54,019 bases of DNA from Girardia tigrina. Lineage: Eukaryota. This document shows, piece after piece, positions 12,066-24,496 of the stretch (the stretch's first letter is position 1; each line of letters begins with the position of its first letter). Made by a program: the position numbers and the translations under genes. The notes under the pieces are model-generated. The model saw only the letters and a program-made list of their open reading frames with translations. It made no database searches and was not told the origin of the DNA. The stretch spans positions 5,144 to 59,162 of the forward strand of contig MQRK01222176.1 of assembly GCA_001938485.1 (NCBI GenBank). The letters are read 5' to 3'.

Positions 12066-14424
12066 TATATATTTTTGTTAAGAAGTAAAATTAAAAAATA
12101 TAATTTTGTTTAAAAAGATGATATTATTTAGTTTTAATTCTTTTTATAAAATTAAATGCAAAAGTTCATTAATCCAAAGTTTTGGGTTTTGTGAGGAAAC
12201 AATTGGTAACGAATAAGAACATTAATCGTAGTTGATATTCTGGGATTCTCTGGGACCGCGCACATTCTTACAGATATATCGACAAATCAATCCACAATAC
12301 TCTCCGTGAGACCTCTGGTCAAAGAATCATCGATTTTGTACTCCACGACTATCTTGTTTTATTTGTTTTCGTACAAATTCAATGTCTTGGAAAAGTATCG
12401 ATTGATCCCATCATCGATCGGTTTGATGGATATGCAGACGCATTTCACTATCCCATTGTTCTAGCCGATAATCACATTGTATTATTCACTTTGAACTTCG
12501 TGAGTGCCTTATGGACCACAATGGAATTTTCTGTCCGTTTGGTGATTGGATTGCGTTAAAACTCGGTGAATTGGCTGGGTTTTTTGACTTCCACCTACAT
12601 GGGTAATTTCTGACACACGTTCAGAGAGTCTGAGTAGAGTGCTGTCGTGTCGCATCCCTGAACTCCGAAAACCTCCACCGCCACCGCCGGCGCGTTCTGT
12701 TTCAATCCGTCGAACAATACGGGTGTGTTGTTGGTCTACTGTCGACATGGTGAAGAGTTTTGAGAGAATCTCATAATGGCTGGTTGAAATTGTTGGGCGG
12801 TTAAATTGGCGACGTTTTGTAAATTCGAATGCAATGTTAGATTAGCGATATTATTTTATTGATTTTTGCTATTTGGTTAATAATAATTATAAAAAATAAT
12901 TGAAGGAGTAGTATGCGAATAAGTAATAATTGAATAAGTAATACTCGGTAATTTATTACTGTATTTCTTTGTTGTAACTACTTTGTTAATCAATTTAAAC
13001 AAACTAATTTTTTTAACCTTACAATTATAAATAACAATACAATAACAAAAATAATACATACAAGTTTTTAGATTTTTTTACATATTTTTGGATTATAAAA
13101 TACATTAATATTTATATAAAAAATAGTTTTAGTTAAAATAAACCTAATTACATTGAGCTTTCTAAAAACTTTTATTTAAAGAACACACAACATCGAATAA
13201 CCGGTTAACCGGTTTACACTACCTACAAATCGAGACTCTTTCTCTTGGTATCACCAAATATTGTTTACACTTGACTCTTTTTTTTTGTAGAAAAACAACG
13301 ATAAATAATGAATGGATAATGAATATTCCTCAAATGAAACCATAACACAAAAGAAGAGGTCAAATCGTTTTATATACACAAAATTCATTTGTTGTTAATA
13401 AACATTTTTTATTACCCAAAAAAATTTTTTAATCGAAAACAGTGGTAGAAGTAAATAATCTTATAAATCTCACATTTTCATTTTTCGAGAAAATATCGCA
13501 AGCTCGATCTTGACGGTAGAAAGTTATGAATTTAGTTTATTTTGTGAACTCTTAAAATCGTCTATTATCATCAACTGTTTTATAGAATCTTTCGAATTTT
13601 AAACTTATCATTATTAATATTAGAATAATTATTGAATTCATGTAGAATTATTTTAAATTTTTACATGATTCATGTTTGACAAGATAATTATAAAGAAAAA
13701 TAATCTGTTGAAGTATTATATTTAATATAACGTTAATTACTTTTGATAAAGAATTAATTAAAGTAATTAAATTTATTTCTATTTTTAATGATTTCCACAA
13801 ATATTTGTACGGATATGTAACAGTTTCACAAGAATAAACACTGAGAAAAACATTTTAAGATAAAATTTTTTCCATTGGCTTGATTGACTTTTCGATTGAC
13901 TTGAGTCAATATTATATTAGTCAAAACAAGTACATTTCTATGAATTAAACATTTGAAAAAAGAAAAAAAATAATCGGTATCTACGATACAAAGTACCTAA
14001 ACAATGTCAAAAGACTAAAATATAACTATTAAAGAGAATATATTATGATAAATAATGTTTATTTATATCTATGGAATAATACTAGTAAATCAAAAAAAAA
14101 CTTTATATTCATTCTTTATGGTAGCAAAACTGTACTTGTCCAAGAGAAATTATTTGTTTTTTGTAGAAGGGAACTTACTATTACATTTACTTTTTTATCT
14201 TTACTTTTTTTACATAGACTTTTTTCAAATGCTATTTTAAAAAAAAGTTTAAAAAACCTGTAAAAGTTTATAGTGTATTGAATATATAAAATCCCTATTG
14301 TTCAGAAACACAAATTAGACAAAGGAAGAGGATGACACAAATTGAAGGCACAATTTGAACATTTATTATTTACCAAACTTTAAATGTATTATGATAATCC
14401 GAAAAGAATACCAAATCGAATTAA

Positions 14425-14474
<50 letters not shown>

Positions 14475-14524
14475 NNNNNNNNNNNNNNNNNNNNNNNNNN
14501 NNNNNNNNNNNNNNNNNNNNNNNN

Positions 14525-14569
<45 letters not shown>

Positions 14570-15429
14570 GACCTAGGTATAAAAAACATACTTCTACTTT
14601 TCTTGCCTGGCTTTACATAATTAGAATGATAGATGATCCCGTTTACTTGAAAACCTGAAGAGAAGGATAATAATAAAGAATACTAAATTAAATTTAATTC
14701 TCCAGCTATAGAGTTCTTTGAATTTCAGATCCTGAACACTAATGTAAGGATCATTTTAGCGTTAGTCTTTTTTTTAAATTACACTGCTAAAAATATTCAG
14801 ATTTAATTATATATATTTTTAATATTGGCCATGATATACATGAATATATCAATTTTTGTTTTTCACGAAAACATTCAGTGACATTAACTGTATGTTTAAG
14901 ATCTTTATGTTATAATAATTAAGATATATTATTGAATTTTATTATTCCCTTTTAATATCTTTCATTTCACCTCGTAATGTTTATCTACTTATAAATTGCT
15001 ACTAAACTATTTAACATTTTTTGACTGAAATAATTTGAAAGTGTTTCTGGTTTTCATTTTTTGACGTATACATACTTTTTTAGTAGCAGAAAGCGCAGTG
15101 AAAGCGTTTTTTACCAAGTAAGATCCCCCTACGGCGCGCGAAAAACGGGAGGATGCATTTATTTATATTATGTAGATATTTAATAGATAAATATACAAAT
15201 ATCACATTCTCAAAAAAGAGCGTCATTTCGCAAGTATTCATTTCGACCATTGAATCGTCCATCCACGTTACGATTTGGTGACGTCCTTACGTCTCTTGTC
15301 GCTTCAGCGGTGCATCCTCGCGGCAATCTTCGTTAGTTCCGACGCTGTCCGGGGAATAAAGAAATTTATTTGTGATATAATTTGCAAGACGAATAACTAT
15401 AACGGAATCTTTAGATATAAACACTTGAG

Positions 15430-15935
15430 GAGAAGAATGAAATGAATTTTCTACTTCACTTTCAGCATTATTCTATTTTGCAATAACCTTGTCAGATATT
15501 TGACGATAATCACAAGTTGTAATTCCAAGGAGAGCCTTTCCTCGATATTTGTCTCGCTGAGAATAGCACTTCGCTGTTTTACCAGCAGGCTCAAAACATG
15601 CATTGGTAATCTCTACATCACTTAGTTGTCCTCGGTAGGCCTTCTCGGCTAAAATAACCAGTGTAAATGTATTCGTCGGTAATTGAATATAAGGATATGG
15701 AACCAAATTATTTTTAGAAACAGTCGAATCGACATCGAGAGTTCCATCGAACGGTAAAGAAGTTGTGATATATATCCCAATTCGTAGTATTTTAATGTCA
15801 ACCGCAGAGGCACGAACAGAATGTTCTAATAAAGAACGGATCGAACTATTGAAATTGTAAGGCTCATCAAACTCGGTGGAGATATGAAGTGCTGAATATT
15901 CCAATTCGGATTTCTCATCGTAATTATAATTGGAA
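15430..15935 (-). pseudogene. TUBA: Degenerate alpha-tubulin fragment (middle of the protein)
   Basis: [34 protein letters not shown] and [22 protein letters not shown] match alpha-tubulin ([47 protein letters not shown]); internal deletions, no N-terminus. Confidence 0.9.
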
Positions 15936-16901
15936 ATCATATTTCGGGATAATAACAACAAACTGCAACAAATAAATGTTTTTATTTATCATTAAATCTT
16001 GCAACACTGAACTGCGTTTCCGCGCTATAATTTTACAACAATTTTATTAAAACAAAACACGCAAATTTCACAACATATATAGTTATAAATATATATTATT
16101 AATGTCATTTATTTTAAAACAAAAAGGAATATTTAAAAATAAATCGATCAAAATACTATGTTTTTTTTTATTTTACAAGGATGAAAAAATAAAACATTAA
16201 TTAAAGTGTAATGTATTCATATAATACATTTATTTATCTATTTTTGTCCATTTTTCCACAAGATAATTCTTTTATTATAGAAAATAAAATATAAAATTAG
16301 AATAAAACGGAAAATAAATAAATGTAACTTTAATTTATTGGTGATAATTGCTATATTTAAATAAAATAAAATTTTATTATTGCAATTATTCTGCTGTTAT
16401 ATTATTATTAATAAAATGTATCTTTTTTAATAAAATATCAATACTTTTCTATGAACTATTTTATTTTAATTTTTTTACAAAATGAAAATTTTATTTATTT
16501 ATAAATCAGAATAAACAATACTTTATTTTACTAAATGATGATTTATTTACAAATCATAATTTCCTTTCTATAAAAAATGTTTCTATATATTTCTTTTATA
16601 TTATTCTGGAAAAATATGCAATTTATTAAATTTTTATTATTTATCTACTTATTAAGCAAAACTGGAAGCTAATAGAAAGTATTCTTATAAATACTATTTT
16701 AACCAATAATTTTTTTGAAAGATATTTAATATTGAGGTGCTTTACTATTCCCAATATGGATGTTAATCAAAATTGTAAGGTGTCTGATCAGCAACGATTC
16801 ACCTCTCAGATTCTGAATCAAATTTTTTTGAAGAATATAAAAAGTTTCATTAGTAAAATTAAAATATTTTTGTTTTTTAATAACGTGAATAAAATTTTAT
16901 G

Positions 16902-17050
16902 GCATATTTTTTTGAGATGTATGATATAATAGTTTTCAAGAATATAAATATTAATCTCTGTTTTTTATTACACTGAAGATGTCATAATGGTGAAAGTCGT
17001 TTATTTTAAGAATAAATTTAATATTTTAAATCGCCTTTATTTTCATTATT
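16902..17050 (+). mobile_element. Penelope pLTR remnant with a decayed hammerhead (CTGAAGA at 16973, GAAA at 16992)
   Basis: Colinear similarity to 19651-19800. Confidence 0.7.
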
Positions 17051-17359
17051 ATTAAAAATATTAGTATTAGTTCTAGAGAATATGAATCCGTTTAAAAAAT
17101 TTTTATGATCAACATCTTCAAACAAACGTCCGTTAATTTCTCAATATTCAAACAAATACATTGTGAGTCTTTTAATCGCATTTTCTCATATAAAAAATGC
17201 GATATTGTATTCATCATGTCCGTATGTACGTGTTTATCACAGCAAATTACGGGTACTGGGTGCGTCCAAGACCCCATAAACTATATATTTTTATTAGGTC
17301 TCGTCAACATCAATCCGCACTGCTATAGTAATTCAAGGTCATTCAAGTTCAACAGTCGC

Positions 17360-17580
17360 GATCATCTTAGAAACGCTTCTCATTGGTCCATTGTATTCCT
17401 GCAACGGTCGCCATCACCTTAGCATAGGCAGAAACGCTTCTGATTGGTTCCCAGTTCCTTAGCAACGATAACCAAGAGACCGATTATCTTAGCAACGAGT
17501 ACAGTAATTCAAGGCAGTTGTAACTATAGTAATGGTAACCGTATCCATAGCAACCGTGACCCCTACCCTAGCAACCATAG
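17360..17580 (+). promoter_or_regulatory. Cluster of TAGCAAC / RFX X-box-like motifs
   Basis: ATTATCTTAGCAAC (17483-17496) and GTATCCATAGCAAC (17541-17554) fit RTHNYYWTRRNRAC; further YTAGCAAC half-sites and two ATTGG; function not shown. Confidence 0.4.
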
Positions 17581-17855
17581 AAAAAAGTGCTACTCGATCG
17601 CTGCACTATGCTCAGATATGTTAATTGATATTTTTAAAGGGCTAATTAATAGTGCACATTGTGCCGCACATTATAATGTGCTAGCACAGTGCTATTTAGG
17701 CTGCAAATGGGCAAAAAAGAAAAAATCAAAACATAAAAATTTTTAAAAGTACTAGTGTTGAAAATCGATATGATGTTTTTAATGCACATTTTGATTCTCT
17801 ATCTGAATATGCAATTAGAATTTTCATTTGTTGATTACTTTTTCCTATGTACTGC

Positions 17856-17900
<45 letters not shown>

Positions 17901-19319
17901 TATGGTATACTTAAAACATGCATGGGCTTTCTAGAGCACAAGATCCCCCGGACCGCTACAGTATCTAAATTTGGGTATTTTACTCTTGTAGGCTTACATA
18001 TACAAAATGCGCTGTACGTCGCTCACGAAGGGAGTACTGATCTATATTTGTATAAGAGTTTCTTCAGTTTATCAACATGTCGAACCAAGAGTTTTTATAT
18101 TTTTTAATGCATCTAAATATTTTTATTTACATTGTAATTGAAGAATTTTCTTAAGAATATTGTTGAACCATTAGTATTATATAATTTAGTTTAATTAGTT
18201 ATTTTAATTTCATTTATTTATCCAATTGTTATTAACTCATTAATTGTATTTAACAATACCTATATTATACTTAATTATATTTAATTAAGTTCATTGTTTT
18301 TACAAAATATAACTTTTTATTTGTTTGGACAAAGCAATAAATGGAAAGAAAATACTAAAATGAAAGAAGAATATCGTTTATAAATTTTATAAATTTGTTT
18401 ATATTTCTGTTAATTTTAGTTGCGATAAAATATGGGGTATAAAACATGAGCTAACGTTATCCAGTCTCTGAACCCAAGAAATATATTGTATAATATATTA
18501 TATCAAATGGTCTTTAGGGACAATTATATTCTATGATATCAATAATTAATAATAGAAAAAGAAAATATTTCCAATATACAAAAAAGTAAAACATTTTGCT
18601 AACTTTATTATGAAAACTTCATCCGTAAAATAAAGATACTTTCCCATCATAAAAATTGCGGTTTAATGAAAAAATAATAGTTAAAATAAAAAAATCAGTA
18701 ATTTTAATTATTATAAAAAAATAATGAACTAAAAGAAAATTCTTTATCGTATATATAATCGGCGCCACTTATTTTTATTCACATTAATTTAATGAAATAA
18801 TCAATTATTAATTGCTTTTTTACAACAAATAAACGAGTGATTAATAAATAGTATAAAGATTAATGTTTTACAGTATTTAAATTCTACTTTTCCGTTTTAA
18901 TGAATTTCTAAGATGTACCAATATTTTCATTTTATATCTCTTATTTATTTTTTCATCAAAATAATCTTGGTCAGTTTAATACCAAATTAAATGTACTTAA
19001 ATTGGGAAAACTTACCTATAGGAGTCACTTGAGAAATAATTAACCGTTCTAAGGTATGTATAAATTGTTTTTCTTAAATTTCAAAGCAATCGGAAGTCTT
19101 TAACAATAAACCTGTTAGAAATTAAATTTTATTGCTAAACAACTTGAACATTTAAGGGTAGGTTGATAGTTTTTAAATTCGTATATGTGTGTATATATCG
19201 TCTAATATACCAATAAGAATGTCTGTTTGTATGTCCACTATGCGTTTTGAAATGTATACCTTATTGCATAGGATATAGGTTGCTTTTAGAACTGACCAAT
19301 GGTATTGCAGTATCTGAAA

Positions 19320-19797
19320 AAATCTAGTTTATCAATTCAAATTTCACAAGTGCGAAGCCTTGTACATTGGAGAGACAAGTCGTGATCTCCGCACTAGAAT
19401 TGCTGAACATACTCAATCGAGTAGAAATAGTTCGATATTGAGTCATATTAAAAGATGTAAAAGTAATCTTATGGATTACAATAAAGATCTTAACATGATT
19501 TTAAATAATTTTGACACAAATTATCAAAGGATTATTGCCGAAGCATTGTTAATAAAGCATCATAAACCATGCTTAAACGTGCAAGGTGATTCATCTAATC
19601 ATATTAAAATTTTTTAAATATCATTAAAATACTTTTTTTAATGAAAAAAAGCATGTTTTTGAGACGTGTGATGTAATAGTTTTTCAACTATATAAATAGT
19701 AATTAATCACTTTATTTCATTGCACTGAAGATGCCGAAATGGTGAAACGCGTATGTATTGCGAATAAATTTAATATTCAAAAATGGCCTTTGTTTTC

Positions 19798-19800
<3 letters not shown>
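19320..19800 (+). mobile_element. Penelope-like element 3' end (GIY-YIG endonuclease plus pLTR), subfamily A
   Basis: NLVYQFK..C...YIGETSRDLRTRIAEH..IAEALLIKHHKPCLNVQ is the PLE GIY-YIG signature; hammerhead downstream; ends in (TA)n. Confidence 0.88.
19721..19757 (+). ncRNA. Minimal type I hammerhead ribozyme
   Basis: UGCA-CUGAAGA-UGCCGAAAUGGU-GAAA-CGC-GUA-UGUA: core, short stem II, palindromic ACGCGU stem III, stem I UGCA/UGUA. Confidence 0.75.
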
Positions 19801-19840
<40 letters not shown>

Positions 19841-20857
19841 TGTTTTGAACGCGAATTTAACATTATTGATAAACTTAAATTAAGTATTTTTGAAAATATG
19901 AACCAAGGACAAGTTTCACTGTTTTCTTACAACAGATTAATGTTCGTAATAGTAATTCATAATAAGAGTATTTTTTTCATGGAAAAGATTTCAAATATTG
20001 AAGCGACTTTACTTTTCAATGTTAACTTTTTAAATGTTAAATTCATGAACTGGTGTAATGTCTTACCCATAGAGATTCACTTAAACTGTCGTTTATAATA
20101 AAAATTAAAACTCTTCAAAAAGAAATGGTTTTACTCTTTCAATACAACCATTGTTCAAAAACCTAACTCTATCAACGCAATCGCTAATCAACTCTAATTC
20201 AAGTTTCGAGATAAAAAATTGAGAGGAAAAAAATTGTCGACAGAGTAAAATAAGATGTATAGTTAACAGAATTTAGCATTTGCCTTCTGATATTTTGAAT
20301 ATTATTAGAAAATGTTTAACGGACAATATGCATACAAAGAAGTAAATAGAGCCAACAGTGGGTAACTTGAAGAAACTATATATACAAACCTCGTTAAGAA
20401 AGATATCTAAAAAAGTATTGAACAGATCAATAAAATACCTTATTCTGAAAAATTTATAGAATTTGAGAGGAGTATTTTTAAAAAATTAGAAAGTATCAAG
20501 ATTTTTAATGCATTCACAATCGAGTCTCACAATTAAAGTTCTTGACAACCGGCTGTGTTGAATGAGTACAAAATTATTCGTTTTTAAAAAGGTAAGTTTT
20601 ATGTTTTACAAGAGTATCAATTTACATTTAAAGAGACAGTTATGTGAATATTTACTGATATGACACTACAATAAGACACTAAAAAAATGGAAAAAGAAAA
20701 GACACTTCGTTACCTATATTAGGTTCGTGATTAAAATCTAAAGTCATTATTTGCAAACTTTATTTCTAGTAAAACTTCCATTATTCAAACAAATTTATGA
20801 GGAACAATATTTCAGTTGCATAAACCAGATTTTAAAATTCTAAATATAAATAATTAT

Positions 20858-20897
<40 letters not shown>

Positions 20898-20899
<2 letters not shown>

Positions 20900-21505
20900 C
20901 AGAACGCCATTAAATTCAAATTTTATTGTCATAATTTTAAACTCAAAGGAGTACGAGATTTATTTCTGAACATACTTTGAATTTGGTAAGATTTAGAATT
21001 TAAAAATCATTTCTAAATCTTACAAAATTCAAAGTATGTTCAGCAATAAATCTCGTACTCCTTTGAGTTTATGTTCCAATCTGGTTTATCTATTTTCGTG
21101 TAATGGGTGCAACGCTACATACATTAGAGAGACGTCTCGTCATCTCTGTAAACGGATTCAGGAGCATGGACGATTGGGTAATGGGAGTAATATTGCTGGA
21201 CATATGAAGGGTTGTAAATCGGAGGTGAAAACAACTAATTTTAAAATATTGTGCAGTAATTTTAAAAATTATTGGGAAAGAGTTACTTGTGAAGCATTAT
21301 TGATTAAATCACTTAATCCGGCCATTAATGTCCAAACAAGTCTATCTTTCAATTTGTTGAAAATATTTAATTAGTTATTACGCAAGATGTTTGCATAATC
21401 ATCAATTTGCTATATATAAGACAGCGAAATTGTTGTTAATTCAGCCTGAAGATGGTGGAAAATCCACCGAAATATATTGCGACAATAAAAATTGAGATTA
21501 ATGGC
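20898..21505 (+). mobile_element. Penelope-like unit, subfamily B: inverted 5' segment, GIY-YIG (ORF 21036-21374) and pLTR; split by the gypsy insertion, tail resumes at 25848-25888
   Basis: NLVYLFSCNGCNATYIRETSRHLCKRIQEH..CEALLIKSLNPAINVQ; 20939-20998 is the reverse complement of 21011-21070; (TA)n on both sides of the reconstructed unit. Confidence 0.88.
21444..21480 (+). ncRNA. Minimal type I hammerhead ribozyme
   Basis: GC-CUGAAGA-U-GGUGG-AAAAU-CCACC-GAAA-UAU-AUU-GC. Confidence 0.75.
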
Positions 21506-21842
21506 TGTGAGGGATATTGGAATGATGTTTGAATGATGTTGAGTGATTGTTGAATGAGTTTTATAGTATGTTTGAGACTGGTTGGTGTTTGAAGCATGAC
21601 ATCTTTCCCTAGACAATTGAAGTCAATTATTGTCGAATTTAAAAAATTATATTACTAATTGTATAATAAATTAATTGTTATTTAACAATTAATTAAAAAT
21701 ACAAATGTTTTAATCTTTGCAGATTTTGGCAAATTTTTGAAAAATCAATTGAAGAAACAAGTCATGCCCCAAACACTGATTACAGATCATTTTAGTCGTA
21801 ATAAATCTTGTAATACGACTTTGTCTGTTAATATCCTTAATA

Positions 21843-21853
21843 TGGCGACCACG
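21843..21853 (+). promoter_or_regulatory. Primer-binding site TGGCGACCACG (likely tRNA-Arg)
   Basis: Abuts the 5' LTR; complementary to a ...CGTGGTCGCCA tRNA 3' end as recalled for tRNA-Arg(TCG); identical at 53816. Confidence 0.75.
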
Positions 21854-22848
21854 ACTCCAATGAACCTGTCAATCAAAGGACCAGAAATCTATGATGGAAA
21901 CGACAACATGTTGGAAAATTTTATCAAAGAATTCGACAGATTTTCAAATTTGATCGAAATTCCTGAAGAAAAAAAGATGTTGCTGATAACTGTTTTTCTT
22001 TCATCAGAAGCCAGCGACAAATCCGAAATCGCAGAAGGAGAAAATTATGTTGCAAAACTGCGATCGGCTTTTTCAAAGAAGAAAAATCTGTTGGATATGA
22101 TGGGAGAACTCTATCTCTTAAAACTCAATGGAGAAAATCCGGAATAAATTTTCCAGATGGCGGACCAATTAATAGAGAAAATTACGGAGAAAAAAATTGG
22201 AAAAAAAACAATTATCAAATCAAGTTTATATGAATTTGATTGATAGTTATGAAATCAAAAAGGAAGTCGTTTTAAAGGGCATTTCTGAAGCCAAAGATAT
22301 TAAAGATGTTGTTTTGAGAATGGATAAATTAAAAAAATGGACCCAATCGATTCAATGGCAGCCTACAATTCCTCACAAAGGGATACTCAGAGACAGTTAA
22401 ATGAATGAAATACAGTGGCATATAAAAGGCGCAGTTATCCATACGACCGAAACAATTGCAAAAATGAAAAATATGACAATAACAGAATCAAAAATTCAAT
22501 GGAATATTCGAAGAAATATCAAAAGGAAAACTTTGATCAAAAGCGACATAATGTTAGATGTTGGGCATGTCATGAAGAAGGACATCTGAGAAGAGATAGT
22601 CCCAATGTGAAATGTTCTTTCTGTCAAAGAAAGGGACATTTTCGATCACAATGTCATCAGAACGAGAACAGATTCAAAGAAAGACAGGATTATTTTCGAA
22701 GAAGCCAAAGAGATTATCAGAGACAAAGATTTACAGTTGCGGAAATGAACTACGAAGACGAAAATTTCAACAGTGCCGGAAGAACAGAATACCCTGAAGA
22801 ACCGAGACAAAAATATTTCAATGGAGAAATGAATCGAGAACGCAATTC

Positions 22849-22895
22849 GGAAAACGAGGATGCACGGTCACAGGGAGAGATGATCAGTGCGCTTC
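22849..22895 (+). promoter_or_regulatory. Putative -1 ribosomal frameshift signal (gag to pol)
   Basis: G_GAA_AAC heptamer followed by a GCAC-GGTCA...TGATC-A-GTGC hairpin; the -1 frame is open into ORF 22930. Confidence 0.6.
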
Positions 22896-23749
22896 AATAG
22901 GAAAAGGAGAAGATCGGGTTTGCTGTTGTGTGTTTGATTGTATGTTTAATTGTGTGTTACGTAATAACCCTCATAAATTGTGTGTGTTGAATGATGACCC
23001 CCATGAAATGTGTATGCTGTATAAATTAGATAATTTTTTTCAAAAGAATGATGGTTTGTGTGCCGAATTAATTGATTATCATAAAAATAATAATAAAAGC
23101 AATAATAATAATGATATTATTAAAAATAATAATAAATTAAAAATAAATGAAAATATAAATGTGAAAAAGGATATAACTTTTGAAAATAAAGACTCTCGAT
23201 TACAGAAAAATAATAATACAAATGTTAATGATAACTTACATGAGACTGGAAAAATAACACTAGAACTGTCTAATAAGTCAATTTATAATTTAAATGCAAT
23301 AAATAAAATAAATTTTGGAAATCCAAAAGGGAAAATTCAGTACAATAAATTAAATGGAAGACCTAGTATAAACTTTAAAATAAATGGGAAAAATGTTCAA
23401 TGTTTATTAGACACGGGAGCGAAAGTTAATGTTATAAAAGAAAATCTAATTAATGATATTTCCGGTATAAAAATAGAAAAAACCAAAAGAAAAATAATTT
23501 GTGCAAATGATTCTGAGCTTAAAAATTATGGTTTAGTTAAGATTGAAGTTGTTATTGAGGATATGAAGAGATTAATTGAATTTTATGTTGTAAATGACGT
23601 TAACCCTGAAATGATTGTTGATATAGATTTCTTAAACGAGTTCGGGATAAGATTAGTGAAACTTGACACTATTAATATAGCTGAAGATAATAATAAAAAC
23701 CAGATTTGTTATATACGTGAAAATCTAACAGACGATAATAGATTACAGA
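22856..23749 (+). pseudogene. pol: pol 5' part: Asn-rich linker and aspartic protease
   Basis: INGKNVQCLLDTGAKVNVI..MIVDIDFL retropepsin motif. Confidence 0.88.
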
Positions 23750-24496
23750 TTACTTCCATTGGTAGACCCGCAAAAACAATTCCAACAGTTACCCTGACAA
23801 AGTCCCAAAGATTTTTACATGGTTGGGTATCGATATTTTTGGTATGGATACCCTTCAGTGTTCTGCTTAAGACTTGAATATTAGCAGGAATAAGCTATTG
23901 TCTGGTAAAAGGATTGTGAAAAGTTGTACCTAGTTCTTCTTACTCTACGGCCTGCGGCCCGCATGTCATTTTACTTCCATTGGTAGACCCGTAAAAACAA
24001 TTCCAACAGTTACCCTGACAAAGTCCCAAAGATTTTTACATGGTTGGGTATCGATATTTTTGGTATGGATACCCTTCAGTGTTCTGCTTAAGACTTGAAT
24101 ATTAGCAGGAATAAGCTATTGTCTGGTAAAAGGATTGTGAAAAGTTGTACCTATATCTTCTTACTCTACGGCCTGCGGCCCGCATGTCATTTTACTTCCA
24201 TTGGTAGACCCGCAAAAACATTCCAACAGTCACCATGACAAATTCCAGAAGACTTGTACATGGTTGGGTATTTATATTTTTGGTATGAGTACCCTTCAGT
24301 GCATAAGACTTGGAATATTTTTGTATATATTTTCAATAAATTATTTTTCTGTCTGGTCATACTGACATTTTACTTATTTACATCTGTTAGGTTGGATATC
24401 AAAATTTTAATTCATAAAACCAAAATATTATTAATGCAATAACATATTTGAAAAAATTTTCGAAGAACTGTTTTTTTTAGCACAAAAATTTAATAC
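23750..24496. repeat. Foreign insert in the gypsy element: 221-bp tandem units (23750, 23971, partial 24192) plus a unique tail
   Basis: TTACTTCCATTGGTAGACCCG recurs at a 221-bp period; occupies the place of RT/RNase H. Confidence 0.9.

Larger units (their letters stand above)
21842..22900 (+). pseudogene. gag: gag with two CCHC zinc knuckles; one stop (~22145) and a frameshift (~22330)
   Basis: MATTTPMNLSIKGPEIYDG..FIKEFDRF; CWACHEEGHLRRDS and CSFCQRKGHFRSQC. Confidence 0.85.

Noticed and set aside
21737-21841. ORF starts within the LTRs (21737 and 25737)
   Set aside because: Non-ATG starts inside LTR sequence; gag more plausibly begins at 21842 or the next ATG
23750-24310. 221-bp repeat as a CRISPR array, coding repeat or hammerhead satellite (minus strand CTGAAGGGTATCCATACC)
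   Set aside because: No repeat-spacer structure, the period is not a multiple of 3, and the hammerhead core lacks A9 and GAAA
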